This document shows positions 27,572 through 38,527 of a stretch of 64,000 nt of DNA, in pieces (within the stretch, counting starts at the first letter, position 1; every line of letters begins with the position of its first letter). Origin of the DNA: a virus (lineage: Duplodnaviria; Caudoviricetes); the IMG/VR virus record IMGVR_UViG_3300025646_000037, positions 1,199 to 65,198 of that record. One strand, given 5' to 3'. The notes under the pieces are model-generated. The model was not told where the DNA came from. It was given only the letters and a program-made list of their open reading frames with translations, and did no database searches. The position numbers and the translations under genes are program-made.

Positions 27572-30500
27572 TTATAAATGTGTCTTACTATGTAGTGTAA
27601 CAACAGGTGTTGTCCAACTCTTAGTCAAGTACGTAGAACTTGGCTCGTAGTGAGTAACCACAGTCCTAACTCTACCGTCCATTGTGTATTCTCCTGCCGC
27701 ACTTGCATCATCAGCGGCGTCTGATAAAACAACTGTAAATGTTATTATTGTTCCATTGTCATTATTATTACCAACAACCTGATTAGTTTTCGCATAAATT
27801 TTTATATTATTAGCACTAGAACTAATATATGGGCTTCCCACGGTTGTAAGTGTCTTTTCAAATATTAACAGATTAGTTGATGTAAGGTCATAGTAACCTT
27901 TACTACTTGTCACTGAACTTACACTACTTGTGTGTGTTTCAGTTACTGTAGCAGTTACACTATCCCCACTTACAGATGTTGTATGAGCTCCCATCTTAAT
28001 TGTACCACACATCTGTGTTAGTGCGTCCCAACTACGTGCTTTTTCGTCATCAGTGTATCCAACAACATCAGTGGTAAGTGTTATATAACCACCTGCATTA
28101 AAGAAGTATCTAGTTTTATCTGGATCACTGAATGTTGCACGTATTTCCTGAGTAGCTGATTGTTGCCAATCACCAGTTGAGTCTATGTTTCTAGAGTACC
28201 CAACATTTGTAGCTCTAGAATTTAGTCTATTGGTGTGGATATTAGTAATATTAGTCTGTGTTGGATCCATGGCCAACTCTAAATCAGATGAGTCCATAGT
28301 TAGTAAACTTGTGTTCTGATGATTGCCAATGCTTGTTATAATGTTAAACAATGTGTTCCATTCTTCTAAACTTGGTTCTACTTTTTCAGGTTGCGCTTCT
28401 ATAATATTTAATTGACCATAACCTGCATCGCCTGATCCTATGCCCCACACATTGTTAATATTCGCTCCTACCTCTTGTAAGCCAGCGACTGTACCTGTAG
28501 CGAATAAATTATAGTTGTCCCAATAACCTGACAACGCTTCTGTCCAAATGTTACTACTAAACTGTATAGTTCCGTTTTCTAAACCTACTACCTCAGTTGT
28601 TAAATCACTTTGCACTCTTAATATTTCCCACATACCGTTACCTCTATTAGATACTCTAATAATATCTCCGGCACTTAGTGTTAAGGAAGCTAGTGCGTTT
28701 CTATCAGCGACCACATAGTCGGGAATAGTAGTGCTTTGAAAATTACTTGCATACCAGTTGCTATAACTCCATAGGTTAGTAGTGTCGAAAGACTGTTTAT
28801 CTACCAACAGCCATGTTCTTGTACTAGCATCCACTACATCTAATTCGTAAATTGACCAACCATTGTTATTTTGTTCATCGGATATAATTAGGACTCTGTA
28901 TCCGTCTGACAGCAAGTCTTTATCTAAATAAAGAAGTTGTGCATAAGTTGCTAGAGATTCTGTCCAGCCACCTACTGCCTTTGTTGGTTGTTGTTCTTTT
29001 TTAAGTAATTTAGAAAGATTTTTATTATCAACAACTTTATTCTTTTGTAAAATGTTATTAACATACCTAAACAATGTTTCTAATGCATTTCCTCTATTCT
29101 TAAATGCTGTTTGTCTCGGTCTTACATCTATACCATATCTTTCGCTTACGGGTAAGCCAGGCTGAGGGACTGCGTTACCAGACCTGTCCTGGCCACATAA
29201 ACTGTCAAACAACTTTGCCTCGATATTTTTAGGTATCTCAGCATTAGGCTTTCCTTCCGCCACTAAATGGAACTCGTTATGTAATACAGAGTCATTAAGT
29301 TTAGTGTCATAATTAATGCCTAAAATTGTGTTATCGGCATCAATATAATTTTGACAATTAAACAGTCCTATTAGATCATTATCCATTATAGCGATATGAG
29401 CAACGCCTTGATCTCTAGGGTTCTCAAGTAAACTATTAATTTGTGAGGTAGTAAGTTTTTTAACATTAGTGGCTACCTCTGATCTTTGACCTACCCAATA
29501 GTAGTAGTGGGTTCTTTGTGTTCCTGCTGTGGTATCATACACAACTTCTGAATTATAGTATAGGTCATCCTGATCTCTTGGGACACCATTATATCCGCTT
29601 GAAACATAATTACTAGGTAGTACGTCTGTCTCTACCCATTCATAAACTTCAAATTTACTACCTGGGAAAGATGTCCCCCAGTTGTTAGATCTAAACAAAT
29701 CATTACCTTGTTCATAATCTACGTATCTAACAACACTAGTATCCCACCAATACTTGCCTACCTGTAGATCGCACCACATACTTGAATTGTAGTTTGCTGG
29801 GTCATGACTTGAAATGTAGTCGAGCTCTTGACTTGCAGAGCCAATTAGTTTTCCTTTAGCTGGATCATAAACATCTAAATAGGTCAAAAGTACGTTCGAC
29901 ACTCGATCATAAAGATATGCTTTGTTTATTGCTCTAGATTCGACTTGTGGTGTTTCTGTTCGTAAAACTTTCCAACCTTTCTCGCCTGCACTATCGAAGT
30001 CATAAACTGCACCTGCGTCTGTACCTCTTGCATCATCTTTTTCTGCACCTACTAGTGCATAGTTACCTCTTACACTTATGTTGACCCCGAATCTGTCTTC
30101 TTCAGCCATGTCGTCTGTAGCACTGCTGACTTCTAATTCTTGTATAAAGTCAAATTGTCCTGGATCTGTCACAAGTCCTCTAGGATTACCAAGATATTCA
30201 AACACATACGCCGCACCAGACTTAGGATTAGTATCAAAGAATGTTGTGCTATCTACGTCGAATGTTGTGTCTGGTTCCCCGTCTGTGGCATCAATGTCAA
30301 ACTCAATGTTAATACGCATTGTGCAATTAGGTGCACCAACAAATAATGTTTCTGCATCATCGCTAATTGCTAACGTATCACCAAAGTTGCTGTTTGTTCT
30401 TCCTTTAGGTGCTAGAATAGTTTGAACATAATAATATACGTCTAAACCTAAATCACTAAGACCAGTACCTTGTCCTGCACCTAATTTTAATTTTTGTAAC

Positions 30501-33500
30501 TCTATTGTGCTGGTACTTGTTATTGTTAGCACACCACTAGAAACAGTTGCTGTAACTCCTGCAATACCTGCATTATTAATGTCTGTCTTAACATCATCTA
30601 CCGTTGTGCCAGTAAATGTAACTTCAAAGTCGTTAATTCTAATACTGTGTCCTATTGTAACTGTAGGACTTGTTTTTGTACTTGTAATTGTACCATATAC
30701 TCTACCTTGGTTAACGTAACGATCAACGCTACCTGAGTTGCGTAGTTCTCTAGGATCATCACTAGGATTACCAATGTAGATAGAACAATCTGTAGGACAA
30801 ATCAGTACACTTGTACCAAATGCATTTCCTACACCACGTTCGTTGGCTGTCTGTTCTGCAAACTTTTGCATTTGTGTAAAGCCACTTGTAGCAACTTTAA
30901 TAATAGAACTTGGTGGCGGAGCAACGTTAAACGTAAGTGTGGTTCCTGACACAGAGTAGTCCCAGAATGCATCACTGCCTTTACGCTGATCTTGTACAAC
31001 GCCATTTACTGTAACTCTAGCAAGGTCTGCATCCATACTTCTAACAGTTGTAAATGCTGTGGTGCTACCATCACCCTCAAATGCTTCTACTGTTCTATCA
31101 AATACGTAAGTAGCACCAGAATCTATAGTGCTATCGTCTCCTGGGTTATCATGATTAGGAGCGCCAATAACTGTGTTTGTGCCGTCTGTACTTGTCCATA
31201 CACTTGCGCCGAATCTATCATCAACACCGCCATCACTGGCTGATATTGTAGCCTCGTACTTGTAATAGAAATTAGACTTAACTGTAACATTAACACTAGG
31301 AGCAACTACAAAAATTATGTTGCTTCCACTAATAGAGTAGTCTATAGTTGGTCTGTAAATTGTGCCTGCGCTGTCTTGTACAAACAAACTTTCTAAGCTC
31401 TTAGGAGTAAATCCTAAAGCATGTGTTAGTGTACTGCCATCACCTGTAATTGTAACACTTTGTTCTTCTAATTGTGTATCTAAACCGTATGCGTATACCC
31501 TGTCCTCACCAGGAGCACCAACGTATAACCATCTAGCATTTTTGCTAATTGCTAATGCTTTACCGAACTCTTCCCCACCACTAGCACTTACTGGTTCAAT
31601 GTATTGATGTGTTGTCCAAGTGCCACTTCTTAGTCTATAAATTAAGACACCACCACGTGTGCCATAACTGTCTGGTGCGCCAACAGCAAGGTATTCATCA
31701 CTAATTGCTGTTGAACCATCGTAGTCAAAACTTAATTGTCCTGTTGCGAGACTGTCGCCAAATGCATCTGTAACATCACTACTGGCACCCACTTCAGCTG
31801 TTAAAATTTGATTGTAATCTAAATCATTCAGACTGTTAATATCATATACAAGTACTCGACCAGTACCTTCGCCAGGTGCGCTTACTGCCGCCCATGTAGC
31901 ACTATGTCCTACCATAACAGCCTTACCGTATAGGTCGTCTGCACTACCACTTGACCAAGTGTACTTCTTATTGTTTGTCCAAGGGTTAGTCTTTTCTCTA
32001 ACGTGCCAGTTACCATCTGAATTGTATTCATCAATCCAGATCTTGTCGCCTACTTTCCAGTAGTTTAATGGATCAGTTGCCGCCGCTCTACTTGGATACT
32101 TGTAACGAACACTGACAAATTTGTAAACATTACCTGTGCCATCTAAGCTACCAGGAGCACCTGTGTTAGGATCTATTAGCAAGTTCATTCTTACATAGGT
32201 CGAAAGCACTATGAATTCGTATTCATTGACTACTTTGTCGACTCTGTATGTTGCATCAAACTTAAAACTGAAATCTTTTAATACAACTACATCGTCTTTA
32301 ACTAAATTATGTGGGACACTACATGTAACCTTCATAAAATTGTTAGTAATATTTGTTACCTTTGTTACCGTAGTATTAGTTTCTGTAATTCTATAAACGT
32401 TCCAACTACCGTTCCAGTCTTTAGCCACCCATACTTCATGACCCACGCCCATAAGTTCGACGTTTTGAGCCGCAGTTGCAATATCACTTATATCAAATAT
32501 AGTGTGGTTTACATCATCTAATCTTACATAACCTGCTTTGTTAATATCAACATTTAAGTCTGTTCCTATACCTCTGTATATAAAGGGACTACCTTCATAT
32601 TTTTTAGGTTTTTTGTAAACATCATTAAATGGAACGCTAAGTGTATCATTAGGAACAGGATCACTTTGTCCTAATAATTTAACAGTACTAGATGTATTAG
32701 AATAGTCGTTATCATTTGTTTGTATTTCGATAACTTGATTACGATCTAACACACCGTAACTTCCAGTTCTAAACGCCCATTCTTCATAAAAACTTAGCTT
32801 TGATTGTAGGTTATTAAGGTTAGCCCTAGTAAGTGCATTAATAGCATTTTTACTACCTTTTTCCTGAATAAAACCTTGATAAAACTTTATCTGACTTGTA
32901 TCATCTATACCTAATGCGTCTAAGTAAGGTCTATTCTTATAACCTATTAAGCTCTTACTGAATAGATCCTTGTTACTTTCTAGGTTGATGTCATCTATAT
33001 CGTAAAACTTTTCTATGCTGCCAGAAGTGTTTGCAAGGTTAGGCAATAAACCTTTTTTAATCTTATTATAATCTATTTCAGACCATTGAGATTCGTTAAA
33101 CAATACTGTGCCCGCTATGTTCTCAAGGGCAGAGAAATATTTTGTTTTAAATTTAACTAACGAACCTTTTCTATAATCTTTGTTCTTATTCCAATTAGGT
33201 ATATTGTCCTGGTTCAAGATAAATCCACCAGGAGATAATGTGCCGTCCCAGTTATTTGTCTTAAAGCCTACAAGTTTTAATCTACCCTGTCTATTGCTAA
33301 GTTCAGGTTGATAAATTACATCATTAAACACTGTTTGATTGTTAGGCACAAACAAGTGCTCGTAAGTAATTGCATTCAAAATAACTAGAGATATGGTTTG
33401 ATTATCAAGAGCTTTGATGCTTATACTATTCCCTATTCTGTTAATATGTAAATTCTTGATTGGAATAATGTTGAAGTTTTGATCAAGTACTCTACTTCCT

Positions 33501-36500
33501 TTATAACCACCTGAAATATTATCTACTGTTCCGTCATCCAATACTACATCTACTTGATCAAATGCTGGCGAAACTACTAATAAATTTCCGTTACTCCAAC
33601 CTTGTTGTGACCATGTTAAAAACTCTTTAGCACTTAATAACCATGACTTGGTTTCTCCCAACGTGCCTAGACGTGAATTAAACACAAAGCCCTGGCTTGT
33701 GAGGTATCTTCCATAGCCCAATAAAAAGTCTACTACTTCTTGACGAGACCGAAAAGTTCTGCCGTATGGTACTGTTTCCCATACAGGAATAAAGTTTTCC
33801 TGTATATTGACAGTCTCATCAAAAATCGTTAGAGTAGAGGGGCTCCCTACATCTTGTTTAGGAACAATTCTAAAGAACGGGTTATCTGAATCATAACCTT
33901 CAATCTTATATCCTCCGGCTACCCGCTCAATAACCACAGCACTGTAACTTAGTCTGTTTAATGGGTTAGATTTCTGCAAATAAAGATCGTAGTCCTCATC
34001 TGGAATTAGAACACTATCAGTAGTAGATTGTGGACTATTCTGTTCTGCCAGCACTCTAAGGTAAGACTTGTCAGTGAAACCTGCCAATTTATAACCAAGT
34101 TGGATGTTTAAGTTGTCTAATTTGTTGCGCAATGTTACTACAGCATCTAAGCCAAAACTCTGCATGTAAGCAGATATCCAATTGACATACCCTGCTACGT
34201 ATACATTAGTATTGTTTGTTACCTGCCCATTGACTATCACATCATTAGGTGTTAGTCTTAGGTTAGAGTCTGCAAGTGTATATTGTCCTAAATTTTCGTC
34301 TTTGGCATAATTGCTCACTCTAGCGTTGAGTCCAAAATACTTTGCTGGCTTCGTTAATGCTAGTAGTTTCTGTACTGCGAAGGGGTAGTGACTGCTCTTA
34401 ATCCAAGCTGTTTCTGCTGGACTTTCATCACCTACTTCAAACGGACCACTTACATAATTACCATTGAAGCTTCTTACTAGGAACTCATTAGGGGCTCTTA
34501 GTTCACCGTATACGTTTATAGGTATATACTTGGTGACACCAGGTCTGGCGTACCTCAAATCATAACGTTCGTTGCCAGGCTCTTTAATGTACCCTGCTTC
34601 TAGGTCGTCCCATAACACTAGGTTACCTGCTGAAAACGGAGCAGTACCGTATGCGTCTGCCCACCAACTAGGTTCTTCTGCTAGTCCTAAACATTCCCAA
34701 GGTGTTAAGTGTGGAGTATCTGTATCGTAATACCATCTATACACACCACGCCAGTAACCTGGTAGTAACTCTCCATCAACTGCGCTAGAACTTTGGCTCC
34801 AGTTGTATGTAAATGGGTCAGAATTATTAAAGAAGTCGTGTTCGTTATAGTCTATTCTGTTGTTACCCGACCAACGTGCGAATTCACCGCCTAGAATATA
34901 AACACATTCCGCCCTTGAATAATCAGTATCTCTAAATTGTCCTGGTAAAACGTCATGTATGTCTAGTCTGTCTTTATCGTAAGCAACTTTGCAGTTGTTG
35001 TAGATACGTTTTTCTAATTCTAATAGGATGTCATCTCTAAGGTCGCCCCAGGCTGGAGTCTTTGAGCCGTCGTGCCCAACAATAAATGTTGTTGAGTTTG
35101 TGTACGTGTTATCTACCAGTAGTCTTGGTTGGAAGCTAGGATATAGCCCCATCTTTGTAGGAGTCTCTGGGATAAAACTTCCATGCGTGTTACTATATTC
35201 TCTTATAGTAATAATGTCACCTGCGGTGGGTGTATATGACGTGGTAAACTCAACAAATAACCCATCTGTACTAAAATTATAATCTCTATTTCTTAATAAT
35301 TGGGATGTCCCGTTAAAAATAAGGACAGACTTATTACTAGGAACATTCATATCGGTAACGTTAGTTAACCTAAAAGATTTACTGTTCCCGTCATACCATG
35401 TGCTTGTTTGTTCTGTATATTCACTTCCTACTGGCACCATGTCTGAATAATAAAATGGGAATGTATTGTCTTTTGCTTCATTCAAGGTTGTTAAAACCTG
35501 TTCTACAGCTTGATCCACAGTTAAAAATTCTATGCCAGGCAGTGTATATGTTGCTTCTACAAATTTATTTTTAAAGGTACTATATTCTCTGCCTGCATAA
35601 TCTAAACTGTCAAAAAAGTTTGTCTGATCATCACCTGCAAACAACATGGCATATGGTATGCCTGCCGTATGTTGCAAAATTCCGCCTTGGCTTCTATCTA
35701 CTCTTATGTCTCTACTATTATTACCACCAGGAAAGATACCTTCCGTCCCTACAGTATTTTCAAAGGATGTTGCGAAGTGGTTTCGCAACTGTCCTAATGT
35801 TACCCTATTAAAGTTTTGATTTAGGCTATTATTGTCTAAGTTAACAGGTATTTGGTAATATGTATTGTCAAGTGTATCATTACTTAGAGACAGAATAGTA
35901 ATATTCTTATCTGTTAAATCAACAGATGACTCTATCTCAATATACTGTTTATTGTTTATTGTAACCTTAGAGTACTGCGATGCCTGTAATAGAACACTGC
36001 CTACATAAACTTTTAATGTTTTTCTAGGCAAGTTAGATATTTCTTGTGCATCATACAAAAATCGGTTGCTTCCGGTATATTCATAGGAAAATACCTGAAA
36101 TTGTCTAGTGTCAGTGTTTGTCCTCTGCCACCCGTTTGCCAATGTAAAGTTTGTGTTATCAGAGTTTACATGAAGTAACCCTTGGTTTACATAGTTAACA
36201 TTTTTAGCAGTTGTTCTAAATGTATCTGATGTTAAATTAAAATCAAATAATATATCTCCTACACTTTGAAAATTTCTATAACTAAGGCCTATGCCTAGTA
36301 TAGTATCAACAGTACCGGTATTATTAGGTCTATAACTAAAAAGTTTTGTGCCTTTAAATGTTGTGCCTGGGAAAACAGTAGAATCACTAAGGCTTACACC
36401 GCTTTTGTTAAAAACATCAAATAGTGGTGATTGATTTAAACTTGTTTTTTGCTGACACTGTATCCAATCACTACCATCAAACCAGTATTGTTTGCCCTGA

Positions 36501-38524
36501 TTAGTCGCTCCTGATTTTACCACTACAGTATCATATTTTTGTATATTTGTGTCTTCAGGTTCAAAGTGTACCTGGAAAGTTCCATCGTCCTGAGGGTCTA
36601 TAATTTGAACTGAATAAATTCTATTTCTAACTAGGTCGTCTCTGTCAGCCGTAAAAATTATTCTTTGACCGTTAGCTAATACTATCCCATCAGATGTATA
36701 AGTTGAGTAACCCTCTGCATTAGTGAAAGCATCTAAAGTGGTATCATCTAGAATGTCAATAGGCTTTTTAGCAGTTTTGCCATAGTTAAAGAGTTGTAAA
36801 TTAGGATTAAATTCTATAATAGGTCTTTTGCCACGTTTTGATTGGTCAATAACTGGAGTATAATTATTATACTGAGAAGTAGCATTAATTACGTCAATGT
36901 GAAACCACCTATTAGTACGTGCCCACGCATTTCCATCTAGGCTACTTCTTTTACTAACCAGATAATCTGGATTAATAGGCGCATTAGCACTTGATTCGTA
37001 TCCTTGACTATCGTATAAGTCTAGATCGAATCCCAATGATTCGTCCTCACTAAAAGGTTCAGGTGTTACCAGACTAGTTACATCAGTTAATGTAATGGCT
37101 GTTCCTACTCCTTCTACGTAATAACTGTTGTTAGCATATTCTACAGGCAAGACCCCTGCGTCAAACTTAACTTTTAGTCCATTACTGAACTTGACACCGG
37201 TGGGGGATGTATAATTAGTTTTACCTATTATGTCAGTGTTTACATTAATACTTTCTGTGCTTTCTGGTTCTACAAGTTTAATAATACCGTACCTAGCACC
37301 ATCACTACCATCTTGATAATATAGTGTATCCATTATAGCAGTTATAATAGGTATTTCTTGTAGGTAGCCGGATCCTGCTTTATAGAACTCCTTGTTACCT
37401 TTTTCTTTTCCTTCTAAAATTAAAACTTTGTTATTAGTAGGTATTGTTCTAACAGGCTCCAATGTTATGAGAGGATCCTCTGGATTACCTTTAAGTGCTA
37501 TACGCCATATCCCCCATTTTACAGGATCTGTTGGTTCGTAACCTTCATCATATGTTTCAGAATCGTAGTTCGCACCATCTTGGTCAAACACACCACCAAA
37601 CAACCAACCATCTAAGCTAGGAAATATAACTGTTTTATCTAGTAAATTTCGTTGACCGTCAATGCCACCATATTTTTCTAATACCGTGCTTAATAACTGA
37701 TTATTAATCTGATTAAAATCTAAATCACTGCAAAGGTCTACATCAGCAACCTTAAACATGTTTATGTAAAAGTTTTGTGCTGTCTTAAGAGGTACATTAA
37801 ATGTGACTTGACCTGTGTCTATGCCATTATTTGTTACCCCAAGTATTTCTCTACTACTAATATTTTGTTGGTTAAGTCTTACCCCTGACGTACCAAGTTC
37901 TGTCTGTATCCAAAAACTATTAGGTCCTTGATTGACTGTAAAAGTATAACTGCCGCCACGTGCTAGGTATATAGTAGGGTTGCCTTCTAATCCTATGCTG
38001 TTAATATTATCGCCTGAATCAGCAAAAGCATATTCACTCTTTGTTGTATTTCTAGTTACTCTGTATGCTTCACTGGATGCAACTGGACTAGTAATAATGT
38101 CTACTGCGTCGGGACCACTAGGCAACCAGTAGTACTGCGCAAAGTTAACAAACTTGTCTAAGTCTATCTCACCTGTAAACGTATATGCTTCAGCAGAAAA
38201 TAATCTGTCATGATCATAAGTAATACCACCGTGGTACTCTAAACTATTCAATAAATCTGTATATGTATTAGCAAAAGTAATAGTACCCGCATCATTTTTT
38301 ACTACTGTACTAGGTTCTAGTTGGTAATCAGTCCTATCGTCAGTATTTTCTGTTAGGTAATTGTCTGTTTTTCTAAAGGTAGGAGTAAACTTACGACCAA
38401 TGTATCCATTTAGTCGTTTAAGCTCTAGTTCAGTTGTTGCCTGTTCTAATGTTGCATTTAAAAACTTCTGATTAGACGGCGTCCTGAATACTGTTGGTAA
38501 AAAATCTAATGTTCTAACTGCCAT
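27572..38524 (-). CDS. Giant baseplate wedge-like protein (3650 aa)
   Basis: Directly downstream of gp6; FG-GAP propeller repeats and Ig-like GDGST modules; C-terminal ~315 aa paralogous to 18066..19073. Confidence 0.75.
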   Translation of the reverse strand: MAVRTLDFLPTVFRTPSNQKFLNATLEQATTELELKRLNGYIGRKFTPTFRKTDNYLTENTDDRTDYQLEPSTVVKNDAGTITFANTYTDLLNSLEYHGGITYDHDRLFSAEAYTFTGEIDLDKFVNFAQYYWLPSGPDAVDIITSPVASSEAYRVTRNTTKSEYAFADSGDNINSIGLEGNPTIYLARGGSYTFTVNQGPNSFWIQTELGTSGVRLNQQNISSREILGVTNNGIDTGQVTFNVPLKTAQNFYINMFKVADVDLCSDLDFNQINNQLLSTVLEKYGGIDGQRNLLDKTVIFPSLDGWLFGGVFDQDGANYDSETYDEGYEPTDPVKWGIWRIALKGNPEDPLITLEPVRTIPTNNKVLILEGKEKGNKEFYKAGSGYLQEIPIITAIMDTLYYQDGSDGARYGIIKLVEPESTESINVNTDIIGKTNYTSPTGVKFSNGLKVKFDAGVLPVEYANNSYYVEGVGTAITLTDVTSLVTPEPFSEDESLGFDLDLYDSQGYESSANAPINPDYLVSKRSSLDGNAWARTNRWFHIDVINATSQYNNYTPVIDQSKRGKRPIIEFNPNLQLFNYGKTAKKPIDILDDTTLDAFTNAEGYSTYTSDGIVLANGQRIIFTADRDDLVRNRIYSVQIIDPQDDGTFQVHFEPEDTNIQKYDTVVVKSGATNQGKQYWFDGSDWIQCQQKTSLNQSPLFDVFNKSGVSLSDSTVFPGTTFKGTKLFSYRPNNTGTVDTILGIGLSYRNFQSVGDILFDFNLTSDTFRTTAKNVNYVNQGLLHVNSDNTNFTLANGWQRTNTDTRQFQVFSYEYTGSNRFLYDAQEISNLPRKTLKVYVGSVLLQASQYSKVTINNKQYIEIESSVDLTDKNITILSLSNDTLDNTYYQIPVNLDNNSLNQNFNRVTLGQLRNHFATSFENTVGTEGIFPGGNNSRDIRVDRSQGGILQHTAGIPYAMLFAGDDQTNFFDSLDYAGREYSTFKNKFVEATYTLPGIEFLTVDQAVEQVLTTLNEAKDNTFPFYYSDMVPVGSEYTEQTSTWYDGNSKSFRLTNVTDMNVPSNKSVLIFNGTSQLLRNRDYNFSTDGLFVEFTTSYTPTAGDIITIREYSNTHGSFIPETPTKMGLYPSFQPRLLVDNTYTNSTTFIVGHDGSKTPAWGDLRDDILLELEKRIYNNCKVAYDKDRLDIHDVLPGQFRDTDYSRAECVYILGGEFARWSGNNRIDYNEHDFFNNSDPFTYNWSQSSSAVDGELLPGYWRGVYRWYYDTDTPHLTPWECLGLAEEPSWWADAYGTAPFSAGNLVLWDDLEAGYIKEPGNERYDLRYARPGVTKYIPINVYGELRAPNEFLVRSFNGNYVSGPFEVGDESPAETAWIKSSHYPFAVQKLLALTKPAKYFGLNARVSNYAKDENLGQYTLADSNLRLTPNDVIVNGQVTNNTNVYVAGYVNWISAYMQSFGLDAVVTLRNKLDNLNIQLGYKLAGFTDKSYLRVLAEQNSPQSTTDSVLIPDEDYDLYLQKSNPLNRLSYSAVVIERVAGGYKIEGYDSDNPFFRIVPKQDVGSPSTLTIFDETVNIQENFIPVWETVPYGRTFRSRQEVVDFLLGYGRYLTSQGFVFNSRLGTLGETKSWLLSAKEFLTWSQQGWSNGNLLVVSPAFDQVDVVLDDGTVDNISGGYKGSRVLDQNFNIIPIKNLHINRIGNSISIKALDNQTISLVILNAITYEHLFVPNNQTVFNDVIYQPELSNRQGRLKLVGFKTNNWDGTLSPGGFILNQDNIPNWNKNKDYRKGSLVKFKTKYFSALENIAGTVLFNESQWSEIDYNKIKKGLLPNLANTSGSIEKFYDIDDINLESNKDLFSKSLIGYKNRPYLDALGIDDTSQIKFYQGFIQEKGSKNAINALTRANLNNLQSKLSFYEEWAFRTGSYGVLDRNQVIEIQTNDNDYSNTSSTVKLLGQSDPVPNDTLSVPFNDVYKKPKKYEGSPFIYRGIGTDLNVDINKAGYVRLDDVNHTIFDISDIATAAQNVELMGVGHEVWVAKDWNGSWNVYRITETNTTVTKVTNITNNFMKVTCSVPHNLVKDDVVVLKDFSFKFDATYRVDKVVNEYEFIVLSTYVRMNLLIDPNTGAPGSLDGTGNVYKFVSVRYKYPSRAAATDPLNYWKVGDKIWIDEYNSDGNWHVREKTNPWTNNKKYTWSSGSADDLYGKAVMVGHSATWAAVSAPGEGTGRVLVYDINSLNDLDYNQILTAEVGASSDVTDAFGDSLATGQLSFDYDGSTAISDEYLAVGAPDSYGTRGGVLIYRLRSGTWTTHQYIEPVSASGGEEFGKALAISKNARWLYVGAPGEDRVYAYGLDTQLEEQSVTITGDGSTLTHALGFTPKSLESLFVQDSAGTIYRPTIDYSISGSNIIFVVAPSVNVTVKSNFYYKYEATISASDGGVDDRFGASVWTSTDGTNTVIGAPNHDNPGDDSTIDSGATYVFDRTVEAFEGDGSTTAFTTVRSMDADLARVTVNGVVQDQRKGSDAFWDYSVSGTTLTFNVAPPPSSIIKVATSGFTQMQKFAEQTANERGVGNAFGTSVLICPTDCSIYIGNPSDDPRELRNSGSVDRYVNQGRVYGTITSTKTSPTVTIGHSIRINDFEVTFTGTTVDDVKTDINNAGIAGVTATVSSGVLTITSTSTIELQKLKLGAGQGTGLSDLGLDVYYYVQTILAPKGRTNSNFGDTLAISDDAETLFVGAPNCTMRINIEFDIDATDGEPDTTFDVDSTTFFDTNPKSGAAYVFEYLGNPRGLVTDPGQFDFIQELEVSSATDDMAEEDRFGVNISVRGNYALVGAEKDDARGTDAGAVYDFDSAGEKGWKVLRTETPQVESRAINKAYLYDRVSNVLLTYLDVYDPAKGKLIGSASQELDYISSHDPANYNSSMWCDLQVGKYWWDTSVVRYVDYEQGNDLFRSNNWGTSFPGSKFEVYEWVETDVLPSNYVSSGYNGVPRDQDDLYYNSEVVYDTTAGTQRTHYYYWVGQRSEVATNVKKLTTSQINSLLENPRDQGVAHIAIMDNDLIGLFNCQNYIDADNTILGINYDTKLNDSVLHNEFHLVAEGKPNAEIPKNIEAKLFDSLCGQDRSGNAVPQPGLPVSERYGIDVRPRQTAFKNRGNALETLFRYVNNILQKNKVVDNKNLSKLLKKEQQPTKAVGGWTESLATYAQLLYLDKDLLSDGYRVLIISDEQNNNGWSIYELDVVDASTRTWLLVDKQSFDTTNLWSYSNWYASNFQSTTIPDYVVADRNALASLTLSAGDIIRVSNRGNGMWEILRVQSDLTTEVVGLENGTIQFSSNIWTEALSGYWDNYNLFATGTVAGLQEVGANINNVWGIGSGDAGYGQLNIIEAQPEKVEPSLEEWNTLFNIITSIGNHQNTSLLTMDSSDLELAMDPTQTNITNIHTNRLNSRATNVGYSRNIDSTGDWQQSATQEIRATFSDPDKTRYFFNAGGYITLTTDVVGYTDDEKARSWDALTQMCGTIKMGAHTTSVSGDSVTATVTETHTSSVSSVTSSKGYYDLTSTNLLIFEKTLTTVGSPYISSSANNIKIYAKTNQVVGNNNDNGTIITFTVVLSDAADDASAAGEYTMDGRVRTVVTHYEPSSTYLTKSWTTPVVTLHSKTHL

Positions 38525-38527
38525 TTA

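Noticed and set aside
18066-28525. Diversity-generating retroelement template/variable repeats among the three paralogous domains
   Set aside because: Differences are mainly synonymous and not adenine-specific; no reverse transcriptase in the window
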